Below, one piece after another: positions 46,435 to 56,416 of a stretch of 64,000 nucleotides of DNA. The stretch spans positions 14,047-78,046 of the forward strand of contig JAHJYW010000015.1 in the NCBI GenBank assembly GCA_018827375.1, written 5' to 3'. A model generated the notes under the pieces. The model was not told where the DNA came from, did not search any database, and worked only from the letters and a program-made list of their open reading frames with translations. The stretch's first letter is position 1. The number at the start of each line of letters is the position of its first letter. This DNA is from Alphaproteobacteria bacterium (GTDB lineage Bacteria; Pseudomonadota; Alphaproteobacteria; Caulobacterales; Hyphomonadaceae). Both the position numbers and the translations under genes were made by a program.

Positions 46435-47475
46435 CTAGCGGGCGGAAGCGATCCGTTCACGCGCAATCGTGTCGGCTACTTCATTGGTCGGCTTGTCGTG
46501 CGACAGGGCCTCGTCCAGCACGCCGCCCAGCGTCTCCACCAGCCGCGCGAGTTTCGCGTCGACCCAGTCACGCGAGTAATTGCCGGAAATTTCGGCCGCC
46601 ACATTAATGATGCCGCCGCCATTGATCACATAGTCGGGCGCATAAAGAATGCCCTTGCGGCGCAGCAGCTCACCCATTTCCGGCATGACGAGCTGGTTGT
46701 TCGCGCCCCCCGCAATGGCCTTCACCTTGAACCGCTCCAGCGTCTGCTCGTTGACGATCGCCCCAAGCGCGCACGGCGAAAAAATGTCCGCCTCGACATC
46801 ATAGATCTCGTCCGGCCCCACGATGCGGGCACCCGTACGCGCCGATACGGCCTGCAGCGCGGCCTGGTCGATATCGGTGATGATCAGGTTGGCGCCGGCG
46901 GCGGCCAGATGGTCGCACGTATGGCTGCCGACCGACCCAACGCCCTGCACCGCCACGGTCCGGCCATTCAGGTCGCCGCTGCCCAGCGCGCGCTTGGCCG
47001 TCTCCACAATGCCCAGGAACACGCCCCGCGCCGTAATCGGTGACGGGTCGCCGCTGGCTGCGTCGCCCTTGTCGAGCCCCGCCACATAGGTCGTCTCCTG
47101 CCGTACGATCTCCATGTCGGCGACATCAATGCCGACATCCTCAGCCGTGTAATAACGCCCCTGCAGGCTTTCCACGGCCCGGCCAAACGCCCGGAACAGC
47201 TCCGGCGACTTGTCGGTCTTCGCGTTGCCCCAGATCACGGCCTTGCCGCCGCCCAGCGGCAGGTCTGCCATGGCGTTCTTGTAGCTCATGCCCTGGCTGA
47301 GGCGCAGCACATCGCGCAGCATTGCCTCGCCATTGGCAAAATCCCACATGCGCGTACCGCCGGCGGCAGGCCCCCGCGCAGTCGAATGAATGGCGATAAT
47401 TGCCTTCAGCCCGCTCTTGGCGTCCTGGAAAAGGTGCACGCCCTCGTGGGCATCGTAGGAAGGATGGTCGAACAT
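46435..47475 (-). CDS. Glu/Leu/Phe/Val dehydrogenase (leucine-dehydrogenase-like)
   Basis: GPAAGGTR, GMSYKNA..LPLGGGKAV, AEDVG, QGVGSVG, GGANNQL. Confidence 0.93.
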   Translation of the reverse strand: MFDHPSYDAHEGVHLFQDAKSGLKAIIAIHSTARGPAAGGTRMWDFANGEAMLRDVLRLSQGMSYKNAMADLPLGGGKAVIWGNAKTDKSPELFRAFGRAVESLQGRYYTAEDVGIDVADMEIVRQETTYVAGLDKGDAASGDPSPITARGVFLGIVETAKRALGSGDLNGRTVAVQGVGSVGSHTCDHLAAAGANLIITDIDQAALQAVSARTGARIVGPDEIYDVEADIFSPCALGAIVNEQTLERFKVKAIAGGANNQLVMPEMGELLRRKGILYAPDYVINGGGIINVAAEISGNYSRDWVDAKLARLVETLGGVLDEALSHDKPTNEVADTIARERIASAR

Positions 47476-47707
47476 GGGAGGATGGCCATTTGTTACATTT
47501 GAAACAGTCTCTCGGCTTTAGGAACTTGCTTCCCTAGCGTCAATCAACATCAGCCGCGACACAGACCCCTCTGGCTCAATCCTTGCCTGATTGCTACCCA
47601 GTTCTGCCTACCCCCGTGCCGTCGTGGCACTCACGTTGGATACCTCTTGTTAACCTTAAGAAAATTGACGTCTTCGCAGGATTTGCAGCGTATCTTCCGC
47701 GCGTAAA

Positions 47708-49162
47708 ATGCAGTTGCGTCCCCTCTTCCTCGCCATCGGCATCATGACCGTCCTGCTCGGGGCGGCAATGATTCCGTGCGCGTTGATGGATTTTGCAGAC
47801 GAACGCCCGGAATCTCACGTCTTTGCCGTGTCAGCCTTTGGCTCCATTTTCATTGGCGTCTGCCTCTGGGTCCTCGCACGCGGCGGCGACCAGACAACAG
47901 GCCAGCGGGAAGCCTTCCTGCTGACCGTGCTCGTATGGGTCTTCCTGCCCGCCATCGCATCGATCCCGTTCCTGGCATCGGGCATGTCGATAACGGATTC
48001 CTACTTCGAATGCGTCTCTGGCCTGACCACGACCGGCGCAACGGTCATTACAGGCCTCGATGACATGCCACGCGGCCTGCTCCTCTGGCGCGCCATCCTT
48101 CAATGGTTCGGCGGCATCGGGATTATCGTGACAGCGATCGCCATCCTGCCCCAGCTCAGGGTGGGCGGTATGCAGCTCTTCGAACTGGAAAGCTCTGACC
48201 TCTCAGGCAAGTTCCTCCCGCGTGTGACCGACATTGCCGCCTATCTGGGCTTCACCTACCTCCTGATCTCGATGCTCTGCGCCCTGTGCTACTTCCTCGC
48301 GGGGATGAACTGGTTCGACGCAATAACCCATTCGATGACCACGATGTCTGCCGGCGGCTACTCCACGCACGACGCGTCCTTCGGCTACTTCAACGACACG
48401 AACGCGCCTTATGTCGCGACCTTCTTCATGTTCGTCGCCGGCTTGCCGCAGAGCCTTCTGGCGATGTTGCTGTTGCAAGGCCGTATAATGCCCCTCATCC
48501 GCGACCCGCAGCCGCGCCTCTACCTGGCGATCGCGATCTTCCTGTCCCTTGTAATCGTCAGCTATCATGAAGCGGTTGTTGATCCGCGCATCTTTGAAAC
48601 AGCGGCCCATGCATTCAAGGATGCCCTCTTCAACATCATCTCGATCATGACAGGCACGGGCTATGCGTCCGCCCCCTACGACACTTGGGGTTCCCCCGTC
48701 ATGGCGATTTTCCTTGTCGCCACCTTCGTCGGTGGCTGCGCCGGTTCAGCGGCTTGCGGACTGAAGATGTTCCGCCTCGAAATCACGACCAAGGCCCTCA
48801 TCGCCTATTCCCACCGCATGACCATGCCGCACCGCCGCACCCCGGTTCGCTATGGCGGCAAGGTCGTTGACGAAGAGACCCTCCAGTCCGTGATGGTCTT
48901 TGTATTCCTGTATCTCGTCACCTTCCTCGTGGCTGCCGTCTTGCTGTCGCTGTGCGGTCTTGACGCGATCACCGCCATATCCGGCTCCGCCACGAGCGTA
49001 TCAAATGTCGGCCCGGGCCTCGGTCCAGTGATCGGGCCGTCAGCCACGTTCCAGACATTGCCTGATGCCGCCAAATGGATCTGCGCCATCGCTATGCTGC
49101 TTGGACGCCTCGAGTTCATTGCGGTTTTCGTCGTCCTCACCCGCCGCTTCTGGCAAGGTTAG
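47708..49162 (+). CDS. trkH: TrkH potassium uptake permease
   Basis: FECVSGLTTTGAT, QWFGGIGII, AGGYS, GGCAGS.ACGLK, NVGPGLG, GRLE. Confidence 0.95.
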   Translation: MQLRPLFLAIGIMTVLLGAAMIPCALMDFADERPESHVFAVSAFGSIFIGVCLWVLARGGDQTTGQREAFLLTVLVWVFLPAIASIPFLASGMSITDSYFECVSGLTTTGATVITGLDDMPRGLLLWRAILQWFGGIGIIVTAIAILPQLRVGGMQLFELESSDLSGKFLPRVTDIAAYLGFTYLLISMLCALCYFLAGMNWFDAITHSMTTMSAGGYSTHDASFGYFNDTNAPYVATFFMFVAGLPQSLLAMLLLQGRIMPLIRDPQPRLYLAIAIFLSLVIVSYHEAVVDPRIFETAAHAFKDALFNIISIMTGTGYASAPYDTWGSPVMAIFLVATFVGGCAGSAACGLKMFRLEITTKALIAYSHRMTMPHRRTPVRYGGKVVDEETLQSVMVFVFLYLVTFLVAAVLLSLCGLDAITAISGSATSVSNVGPGLGPVIGPSATFQTLPDAAKWICAIAMLLGRLEFIAVFVVLTRRFWQG

Positions 49163-49256
49163 GCTTCCCGACCCCCCGTCTGGACATCCGGCACAATCAC
49201 TGCAAAAACATCCTCCATGAGAGCGCAGCAAACGCGCCCGTGGGAGGAATAGCAAA

Positions 49257-51164
49257 ATGTGGAAGACCCTGACGCTCGCCAGTACGGCGCTCGCGCTTGT
49301 CGCCTGTAGCGGCAACAAGACTGAACCAACACGCGTCGAAACAGCCGCCGCACCGGAAACCACCGTGCCTGAAGGCGCAACGGCCGGCTACAATGCAGAC
49401 CGCAACGCCTATTTCGGCGACATGCACATCCACACGCGCAACAGCTTTGACGCCTATATCTTCAACGTCCGCCGCACGGCCGACGACGCTTACCGTTTCG
49501 CCAAGGGCGAGACGATCAAGCACCCATCGGGTTTCGACATGACCATCGCCGGTGGCCCGCTCGACTTCTACACCGTAACCGACCATGCCGAATATCTCGG
49601 CATCCTCCCGGCGATGAACACCAAGGGAACGGCATTGTCAGAGGTGCCACGCGCCAAGGACATGTTCTCCACCGATCCTGCCAAGATCGTCGCCGCCTTC
49701 CAGGGTGTTGGCGCCTCGGTCCGCTCAGGCGAGAAGATCGAAGACATGTATGACGAGCCGACCATTACCTCGGTCTGGCAGGAGAACATCGCCGCAGCCG
49801 AAAAATACAATGAGCCCGGCGTCTTCACGACCTTCTCAGCCTATGAGTTCACCTCGGTTACGACACAGAGCGAAGATGGCGGCTTCGGCGGGGGCAACCT
49901 GCACCGTAACGTCTTCTTCCGCGGCGAAGCACCGGAGCGCGCCTTCTCGACCCTCGACTCAACCAATCCGGAAGACCTCTGGGACTGGATGGACCTGCAG
50001 CGCGCCGAAGGCCGCGAATCCATCGCCATCCCGCACAATTCCAACGTCTCCGACGGACAGATGTTCAGGCTCGAGACCTATAATGGCGACCCGATCGACG
50101 CGGCCTATGCCGAGCAGCGCATGCGCAACGAACCGCTGGTCGAAGTCACGCAGGTCAAGGGCACGTCCGAAACCCACCCGGACCTCTCCCCGAACGATGA
50201 ATGGGCCAATTTCGAGATCTATGACGAGCTTCTCGGCAGCTATGATGTCTCGAAAACCAGCGGATCCTACGTCCGCGAGGCCTATCGCAACGGCCTGAAA
50301 CTGCAGGAAGAAAAGGGCTTCGATCCCTTCCGCTTCGGCCTGACCGCTGCCTCCGACAGCCATGTCGCTGGCGGGTCCTATTCCGAAAAGGACTATTGGT
50401 CGAAAATCGGCATCGTTGACGGCCTGCCCTTCCAGCGCGGCTCCGTGCCAATGCCGGGCATCACCGACTGGGCAGACCAGCCCGTCAATCAGACCACAAC
50501 CAACGCCAAGAACTGGTTCTCACGCTGGTCGGCCTCTGGCCTCACGGGTGTCTGGGCTGAAGAGAACACACGCGACGCCCTGTTCGACGCCTTCCGCCGC
50601 AAGGAAACCTTCGCAACCACTGGGCCCCGCATGAAAGTCCGTTTCTTCGGCGGCTTCACGTATACCGACGCCATGCTGACCAGCCCGGACCTTGCCACTC
50701 AAGCCTATGCCGGCGGCGTGCCCATGGGCGGCGACCTCGTCGGAACCGGCGCGGCACCACAATTCATCGCCTGGGCAGTCCAGGACGCCAACTCCGCGCC
50801 GCTCGAGCGCGTCCAGGTCGTCAAGGTCACCAGCAGCGGCGAAACCATCTATGACGCGGCCTGCTCCGGCGGCGCCGTGCCGGACGCCATCCATCGCTGC
50901 CCCGACAATGGTGCCAGTGTCGACATCGCGTCCTGCGAAACCAGCCCCGGCTCAGGCGCTGGCGAACTGAAAGCTCTCTGGACCGATCCGGACTTCGATC
51001 CCGCCCAGCGCGCCACCTATTATGTCCGCGTGCTCGAAAACCCGACCTGCCGCTGGTCGACATGGGAAGCCAACCGCAACGGCACACCGCCTAACCCGGC
51101 CTTGCCCACAACCATCCAGGAACGCGCCTACACATCGCCGATCTGGTATATCCCACCCGCCTAG
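49257..51164 (+). CDS. DUF3604 lipoprotein (PHP-like metallohydrolase fold)
   Basis: Lipobox LVAC, YFGDMHIHT, TDHAEYLG, AYEFT, NLHRNV, IPHNSN, SDSH, IQERAYTSPIWY. Confidence 0.88.
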   Translation: MWKTLTLASTALALVACSGNKTEPTRVETAAAPETTVPEGATAGYNADRNAYFGDMHIHTRNSFDAYIFNVRRTADDAYRFAKGETIKHPSGFDMTIAGGPLDFYTVTDHAEYLGILPAMNTKGTALSEVPRAKDMFSTDPAKIVAAFQGVGASVRSGEKIEDMYDEPTITSVWQENIAAAEKYNEPGVFTTFSAYEFTSVTTQSEDGGFGGGNLHRNVFFRGEAPERAFSTLDSTNPEDLWDWMDLQRAEGRESIAIPHNSNVSDGQMFRLETYNGDPIDAAYAEQRMRNEPLVEVTQVKGTSETHPDLSPNDEWANFEIYDELLGSYDVSKTSGSYVREAYRNGLKLQEEKGFDPFRFGLTAASDSHVAGGSYSEKDYWSKIGIVDGLPFQRGSVPMPGITDWADQPVNQTTTNAKNWFSRWSASGLTGVWAEENTRDALFDAFRRKETFATTGPRMKVRFFGGFTYTDAMLTSPDLATQAYAGGVPMGGDLVGTGAAPQFIAWAVQDANSAPLERVQVVKVTSSGETIYDAACSGGAVPDAIHRCPDNGASVDIASCETSPGSGAGELKALWTDPDFDPAQRATYYVRVLENPTCRWSTWEANRNGTPPNPALPTTIQERAYTSPIWYIPPA

Positions 51165-52001
51165 ATGCGCGCCCTTATTCGCGAACCGCTCGTCCATTTC
51201 GTCCTCGTCGCTGCGCTGGTTTTTGCCGGTCACGCGGCGTGGACGGCCTATGCCTCAGCGCGTGACGGCACGATCACCGTCACGGAGGAAGACATGGAGC
51301 GCATGGCCGCCCTCTATGCCTCTGAATCCGGTGCCTTGCCCTCGCCGCAGGACATGGCCGCCATGGTCACCGATCAGGTCCGCGACGAAGCCCTCGCCCG
51401 CGAAGCCCGGCGCCTTGGCCTCGATGTCGGCGACACGATCATCGAACGCCGTCTCGCGCAAAAGATGAGCTTCATGGTATCCGACTTGGCCGACACGCCC
51501 GCGCCGGACGAGGCCACCTTGCGCAAATGGTACGAAGACCATCCGGAAAGCTACACGCTGGCCCCGAGCATCACCTTCGAACACATCTTCCTGAACCCGG
51601 AACGGGCCCGGAATACACCCGGAACGGACTCACAATCCCTCCTCAAGTCCCTCAACGAACCCACACCGCCGGACTGGCGCACCCTCGGCGATCCCTTCAT
51701 GCTCCAGCGCGCCTATGGCGATCTCCCCATACGCGAAACCGTTCGCCTGTTCGGTGCAGACTTCGCCAGGGCGCTCTTTTCCCTAAAGGCCGGACCGGAA
51801 TGGCAGGGCCCCGTCTCTTCAGCATTCGGCCAGCATCTGGTGCACATCGTGGCCCGTGAAGACGGCCGTCTCCAGCCCTTTGAAGAGGTCCGCGCCCAGG
51901 TCGAATCCGACTGGCGCGATGACGCTTTGCGCGGCGCAAACGAGCAGGCCATCGCCGACATCATCAGCCGCTACAAGGTCCACATCGAAGGCGCCGAATG
52001 A
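51165..52001 (+). CDS. PpiC-type peptidyl-prolyl isomerase (rotamase_2-like)
   Basis: LIREPLVHF, D.IIERRLAQKM.F, GDPFML, W.GPV.S.FG.HLV. Confidence 0.85.
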   Translation: MRALIREPLVHFVLVAALVFAGHAAWTAYASARDGTITVTEEDMERMAALYASESGALPSPQDMAAMVTDQVRDEALAREARRLGLDVGDTIIERRLAQKMSFMVSDLADTPAPDEATLRKWYEDHPESYTLAPSITFEHIFLNPERARNTPGTDSQSLLKSLNEPTPPDWRTLGDPFMLQRAYGDLPIRETVRLFGADFARALFSLKAGPEWQGPVSSAFGQHLVHIVAREDGRLQPFEEVRAQVESDWRDDALRGANEQAIADIISRYKVHIEGAE

Positions 52002-52972
52002 GACGCGTTTTCCTCGCCCTTCTGGCGCTCTTCTGCGCCGCGCTCCCGGCGAGCGCCCATGAAGTGCGCCCGGCCTATCTCGAAGTCACTGAAACAGATC
52101 CGGGCCAGTTCGCCGTCACCTGGAAACAGCCCGTGCTCGACGGCAGGCGTCTCAAGCTGGATCCGGTCTTTCCCGAGGATTGCACACGCTCGCGCGAGCG
52201 CAGCGAAATCGCCGCCAGCACCCTGATCCAGCGGTGGGACATGGCCTGCGATCTCTCAACCGGCCAGATCGAAATCGCCGGACTTGAGCGCACGCTCACA
52301 GACGCCTTCGTGCGGGTGAACCGTCTGACAGGCGACGACCTTTCCACGGTGCTGCGGCCCGGCGCGCTACAGCTCGACCTCTCCTCTCCCACCGGCGCCC
52401 CCACCGCGACCTATTTCCGCATCGGTGTCGAGCACATCCTGTTCGGCTATGACCACCTCCTCTTCGTGCTCGGCCTGATCCTCCTGGTGCGCCCCCGCCA
52501 GCTCCTGCCAACCGTCACCGCCTTCACGCTCGCGCATTCCATCACATTGGCCGCAGCCGCCCTTGGCGGCATCACGCTGCCCGGCCCGCCTGTCGAGATA
52601 ACCATCGCGATGAGTATTGCCCTGCTCGGCGCTGAAGCCATCTACCGTGTGCGCGGGCGCGAGACGCTCAGCCAACGCAAGCCCTGGCTGATCGCCTTTG
52701 GTTTCGGGCTAATCCATGGTTTCGGCTTTGCTGGCGCGCTTTCGGAAATCGGCCTGCCCAAGGGCGCCGAAATTGTGGCCCTGCTGCTCTTCAATCTGGG
52801 CGTCGAGGCAGGGCAGGTTCTCTTCGTGGGAGCCGTGTTGCTCGCGGTATTCCTCGCCACGCGGTTCGCCCGCATGCCGCACACGCTGGCCCGCTTTGTG
52901 GCCGCCTATTTCATCGGAATTGTGGGGGCCTATTGGGCGATCGAGCGCATCATCGGCGTGCTGGCCACCTAG
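51998..52972 (+). CDS. HupE/UreJ-family membrane protein with N-terminal periplasmic domain
   Basis: AHEVRPAYL, GVEHILFGYDHLLF, TAFTLAHSITL, FGLIHGFGFA, FNLGVE.GQ. Confidence 0.9.
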   Translation: MRRVFLALLALFCAALPASAHEVRPAYLEVTETDPGQFAVTWKQPVLDGRRLKLDPVFPEDCTRSRERSEIAASTLIQRWDMACDLSTGQIEIAGLERTLTDAFVRVNRLTGDDLSTVLRPGALQLDLSSPTGAPTATYFRIGVEHILFGYDHLLFVLGLILLVRPRQLLPTVTAFTLAHSITLAAAALGGITLPGPPVEITIAMSIALLGAEAIYRVRGRETLSQRKPWLIAFGFGLIHGFGFAGALSEIGLPKGAEIVALLLFNLGVEAGQVLFVGAVLLAVFLATRFARMPHTLARFVAAYFIGIVGAYWAIERIIGVLAT

Positions 52973-53793
52973 AAGCCGAGCGCCTTGTAGAGCATCCGCG
53001 CCGCAACCAGCGCCAGCAGGATCGCAAACAGGCGCTTCAGCAAAACGGCGTCCAGCTTGTGCGCCAGCTTCGCCCCGACAGGCGCCATTGTCACCGTGAA
53101 AACCGAGATCAGCGCAAAGGCGGCCAGGTTTACATAGCCGAGCGAAAAGGGCGGCAGGCCCTCATGACCCCAGCCTATGAAGATGGCCACAATCGCCGAC
53201 GGCAGGCCAATTGCCACGCCCCAGCCTGCGGCTGTCCCCACGGCCCGGTGGATCGGCCGCCCATACAGCGTCATGAGGCTGACGCCAAACGTACCGCCGC
53301 CGATGCCCATAAGGGCCGATAGCGCCCCGATTGCCGTGCCCAGCCCCATGCGCGTTGCGCCCTTAGGCATCTCGTCAGCCAGCCGCCATGAGGGCCGCCC
53401 AAAGAACAGCTGCGCCGACAGCACGAAGCCCATCGTTCCGAAAATGCCGAGCAGTGCCCGCTTCGACAGGAAGCCGCTCAGCCCCATGCCAATAAGCGCT
53501 CCCAGCACGATCCACGGCGCCCATGACTTGATAATGTCCCAGTCAACGGCGCCATGCCCATTGTGCGCCATCACGCTGCGAATGGAGGTCAGGATGATCG
53601 TCGCCAGCGAGGTCGACACCGCCACATGCATGGCCGTCTCGCCATAGCCCATGCCGTCGAACAGGAAGAAAAGCACCGGCACGATCACCGCGCCGCCACC
53701 AATGCCGAACATGCCGGCCGCAAGGCCCGCTGCAGCGCCAGCCACGACGAGACTTAGGAGGAGCGGCCAGTATTGCAGGAAAAGATCGGTCAT
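52969..53793 (-). CDS. TauE/SafE sulfite-exporter-family membrane protein
   Basis: GMFGIGGGAVIVP, AVSTSLA, MGIGGG, AVGTAA. Confidence 0.9.
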   Translation of the reverse strand: MTDLFLQYWPLLLSLVVAGAAAGLAAGMFGIGGGAVIVPVLFFLFDGMGYGETAMHVAVSTSLATIILTSIRSVMAHNGHGAVDWDIIKSWAPWIVLGALIGMGLSGFLSKRALLGIFGTMGFVLSAQLFFGRPSWRLADEMPKGATRMGLGTAIGALSALMGIGGGTFGVSLMTLYGRPIHRAVGTAAGWGVAIGLPSAIVAIFIGWGHEGLPPFSLGYVNLAAFALISVFTVTMAPVGAKLAHKLDAVLLKRLFAILLALVAARMLYKALGF

Positions 53794-53848
53794 GTTTCCG
53801 CTTAGCGGGCAGTACAGGCCTTGTCGATGGGATCGTTCGGAACGGCGT

Positions 53849-54265
53849 CTACCAGACGCCTGCCTGCTTAAGCGCCGCATCGAGATCGGGCGGAATGTCG
53901 AGTGCGGCTTCGCCGGTCTTCAGGTCGCGCGGCGCATCGGTTGGCTTCAGGTAGCGCCAGCCCTGAAATGGCCTTTTCGCCTGCGCATAGGTGCGCACAA
54001 GGTTTGGATCGAACACCAGCTCGCACATGTCACGGCCTGTCTCATCTGCCACGGCGCGAATATCGATGATGCGCTGGCGCACCCGGATGGCGCGCTTGAT
54101 CACCCAGTAGATCGAGCCGCCATCGAGCATTTCCTCGGCCCGCTTGGGGCTCATGCGGGTGTGGTGGACAGGGTTGTCGAGCCGCTGCATCTGGCGCGTC
54201 TGCCAGTCTGCGAGGTCCTCGACGGTCTCGGCGCCTACGCTCAATTTCACCATGTGAATCGTCAT
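53849..54265 (-). CDS. DUF1489-family protein
   Basis: HMVKLSVG, TRM.PKR..E.LDGGSIYWVIK, RPFQGWRYL. Confidence 0.9.
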   Translation of the reverse strand: MTIHMVKLSVGAETVEDLADWQTRQMQRLDNPVHHTRMSPKRAEEMLDGGSIYWVIKRAIRVRQRIIDIRAVADETGRDMCELVFDPNLVRTYAQAKRPFQGWRYLKPTDAPRDLKTGEAALDIPPDLDAALKQAGVW

Positions 54266-54275
54266 GGCGAGGAGT

Positions 54276-55013
54276 CTAGCGTGCCGGGCCGCTCAATCCA
54301 GTCATCAATTGCGGTTTGGCTGCGCGGTCGTCTTCAAATGCCTTCTGCGCCTCGGCGCTCGCGAAGAAGAAGTCCACTTTCACGATATTCGCCGAATAGC
54401 GCCGTTCGATTTTCCGGAAGGCCGCCCGCGCTTCCAGCTCAATGGAAAAGCCCGAAACATAGCTCATGCCCCAGCGCGGTTCCGTGCGCAGGAAGTAACT
54501 CTGATTGTACTGGCTCAGTGTGCCGCCTTCAGGCCCAGCGACAGGCTTCGGCAGCCTGTAGTCGATGCGGAGAAACCGCTCGCCGACAGGGTCAAGCCAG
54601 GCTGTCGCCTGCAGGCGCTGCGCGGCCCAGACATCAAACTCGCCATCATTCTTCGACGGCGTATGACGGAACGATATCTGCCAGGCATGGCCTGCATCGT
54701 TCACTTCCACGCTGCGTCCCAGGCTCGCACGCAGGTCATCAGGAAACAGCCGCCCGTCGGGCGCCGATTCAGCCGCCCAGTTGGCCGCCACCTCTTCCAG
54801 CTCGTCATCATCGCCCTGCCAGTCGACCACCTGCCATCGCTCGGCGCCTTGCTTGCGCGGGTCGAAAGCATAAACGCGCCGGGCCCGGTCGCTTTGCAAT
54901 TCCACGGTAAAGGCGGCGCGCAATGTCCGCGGCGCTTCGGTTGCCGACAGGGCCGCGTCCATCGGCCCCGAGCCTGTCACCATCGTGAGCGCCATGAGCA
55001 GTGCAAGCCACAT
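54276..55013 (-). CDS. Hypothetical exported protein
   Basis: Signal-like N-terminus, beta-rich body. Confidence 0.7.
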   Translation of the reverse strand: MWLALLMALTMVTGSGPMDAALSATEAPRTLRAAFTVELQSDRARRVYAFDPRKQGAERWQVVDWQGDDDELEEVAANWAAESAPDGRLFPDDLRASLGRSVEVNDAGHAWQISFRHTPSKNDGEFDVWAAQRLQATAWLDPVGERFLRIDYRLPKPVAGPEGGTLSQYNQSYFLRTEPRWGMSYVSGFSIELEARAAFRKIERRYSANIVKVDFFFASAEAQKAFEDDRAAKPQLMTGLSGPAR

Positions 55014-55135
55014 AGATCAAACCATCCCAATTCCACTTATGTCCCTATTTGCGGCATCCATGCGGCAAACGGGTCAGAAAGTCTCTCAAGCGGCCATCCT
55101 AGACTGCTAAGGATTTATGGGAGTTGAACAGACCG

Positions 55136-56416
55136 TCAGGGCTTCACATAGGCCAACGGGCGTTCACGCTCGTCGAGTTTGAGGTAGCGGTCGCGCAACT
55201 GGCTCTGGCGTGTCACCATGGATTGCACTTCGCCATCGATCATCACGACATCCGGATTGGATGTGACTTCCAGCGGATCGCCGTCCCACACCACGATATC
55301 CGCGCGCGATCCCGGCCCGATCACGCCCAGCCCCTGCAGGCCGAAGATCGCCGCTGGGGCCGTCGTCAGCGCGTCCATCGCGTCATCGTGGGACAATCCG
55401 TTAGCAACGGCATTGCCGGCAATCTGCATGGCGAGGCGGGCATTGTGCGTGCCGTCACTGATCGCCGCGATGGCCACCGTGACGCCCGCCGCCTTCAGCC
55501 GCGCTGCATTCTCGCCCGTCGCCCCAAGCCGTTCGAAACTGGCTGGCAGGTTCGAAAAGGCATCCACGATCACCGGAATGCCCGATTTCGCCAGTCGCGG
55601 CGCCACCCGCCAGCCCTCGTCCGCGCCGACAATTGCGATATCGAGATCGCTGTTCGCCGCGGCGAAATCCATGATGGCGTTGAGGTCGCTCGCCTTGTTC
55701 GCTTCGATCAGGATCAGCTGCTGGCCCCTGGCGGCGGGTGCCAGTGCGGCGGCATCCACGCGATCAAGCGCCGTGCCTTCATTGCTGGCAAGGTAACGAC
55801 CCGGATAGGCCTTCGCATCGTCCAGCGCAGCACGGAGCTGTGCCCAGGCCGCAGGGCGCGAGCCACCCGCCAGCGATGCCCCATGCTCGCCCAGCGAGAT
55901 CAGAACGAAAGCCTTGCGATCAATCTCGGTGCCCACTGCGCCGGTCGTATCGGCGACAAAGCCCTGACCCGCGAACAGGTTGGAACTGGCTTCAGGCGCC
56001 ACGACGATCCGCGTGATGCCCTCCACGCGCGTCACGGCGATTGCGGTCGCGTCCGGATTGAAACCGTCAGCCGCGTCCAGTGCCACGGAATAGTCTGACT
56101 TGCCCGCCGACGTGTCATCGGTCGTCTCCTCGGCATCGACTTCCACGATACCGGTACGGGAAAACGCAGCGATCAATCCCGGCGTCACCCATTTGCCACC
56201 GGCATCGATCACAGTGGCATCAAGCGGCACGGGCGACCCGGCCTTGTTGACGGACACAACGCGGCCATTGTCGATGACGACAACAGCGCTTGGAACGGTG
56301 CCTTGCCGCGTTCCCGTCCAGACCTTTCCGCCGACAATGGCAACAGGCTGGGCCGCGACCGGAAGGACCAGGCTCGCGACGACAGCGATCAGGCTGGCAA
56401 TATGGCGCGCGCTCAT
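55136..56416 (-). CDS. Amidohydrolase-family protein lacking the HxH metal motif
   Basis: Signal peptide, GKWVTPGLIAAFS (no HxH), G..ADIVVWDGDP. Confidence 0.85.
   Translation of the reverse strand: MSARHIASLIAVVASLVLPVAAQPVAIVGGKVWTGTRQGTVPSAVVVIDNGRVVSVNKAGSPVPLDATVIDAGGKWVTPGLIAAFSRTGIVEVDAEETTDDTSAGKSDYSVALDAADGFNPDATAIAVTRVEGITRIVVAPEASSNLFAGQGFVADTTGAVGTEIDRKAFVLISLGEHGASLAGGSRPAAWAQLRAALDDAKAYPGRYLASNEGTALDRVDAAALAPAARGQQLILIEANKASDLNAIMDFAAANSDLDIAIVGADEGWRVAPRLAKSGIPVIVDAFSNLPASFERLGATGENAARLKAAGVTVAIAAISDGTHNARLAMQIAGNAVANGLSHDDAMDALTTAPAAIFGLQGLGVIGPGSRADIVVWDGDPLEVTSNPDVVMIDGEVQSMVTRQSQLRDRYLKLDERERPLAYVKP

Noticed and set aside
47625-47639. Sigma-54-like TGGCAC-N5-TTGG upstream of trkH
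   Set aside because: The near-invariant -12 GC is missing, and the site is part of a GTGCC/GGCAC hairpin.
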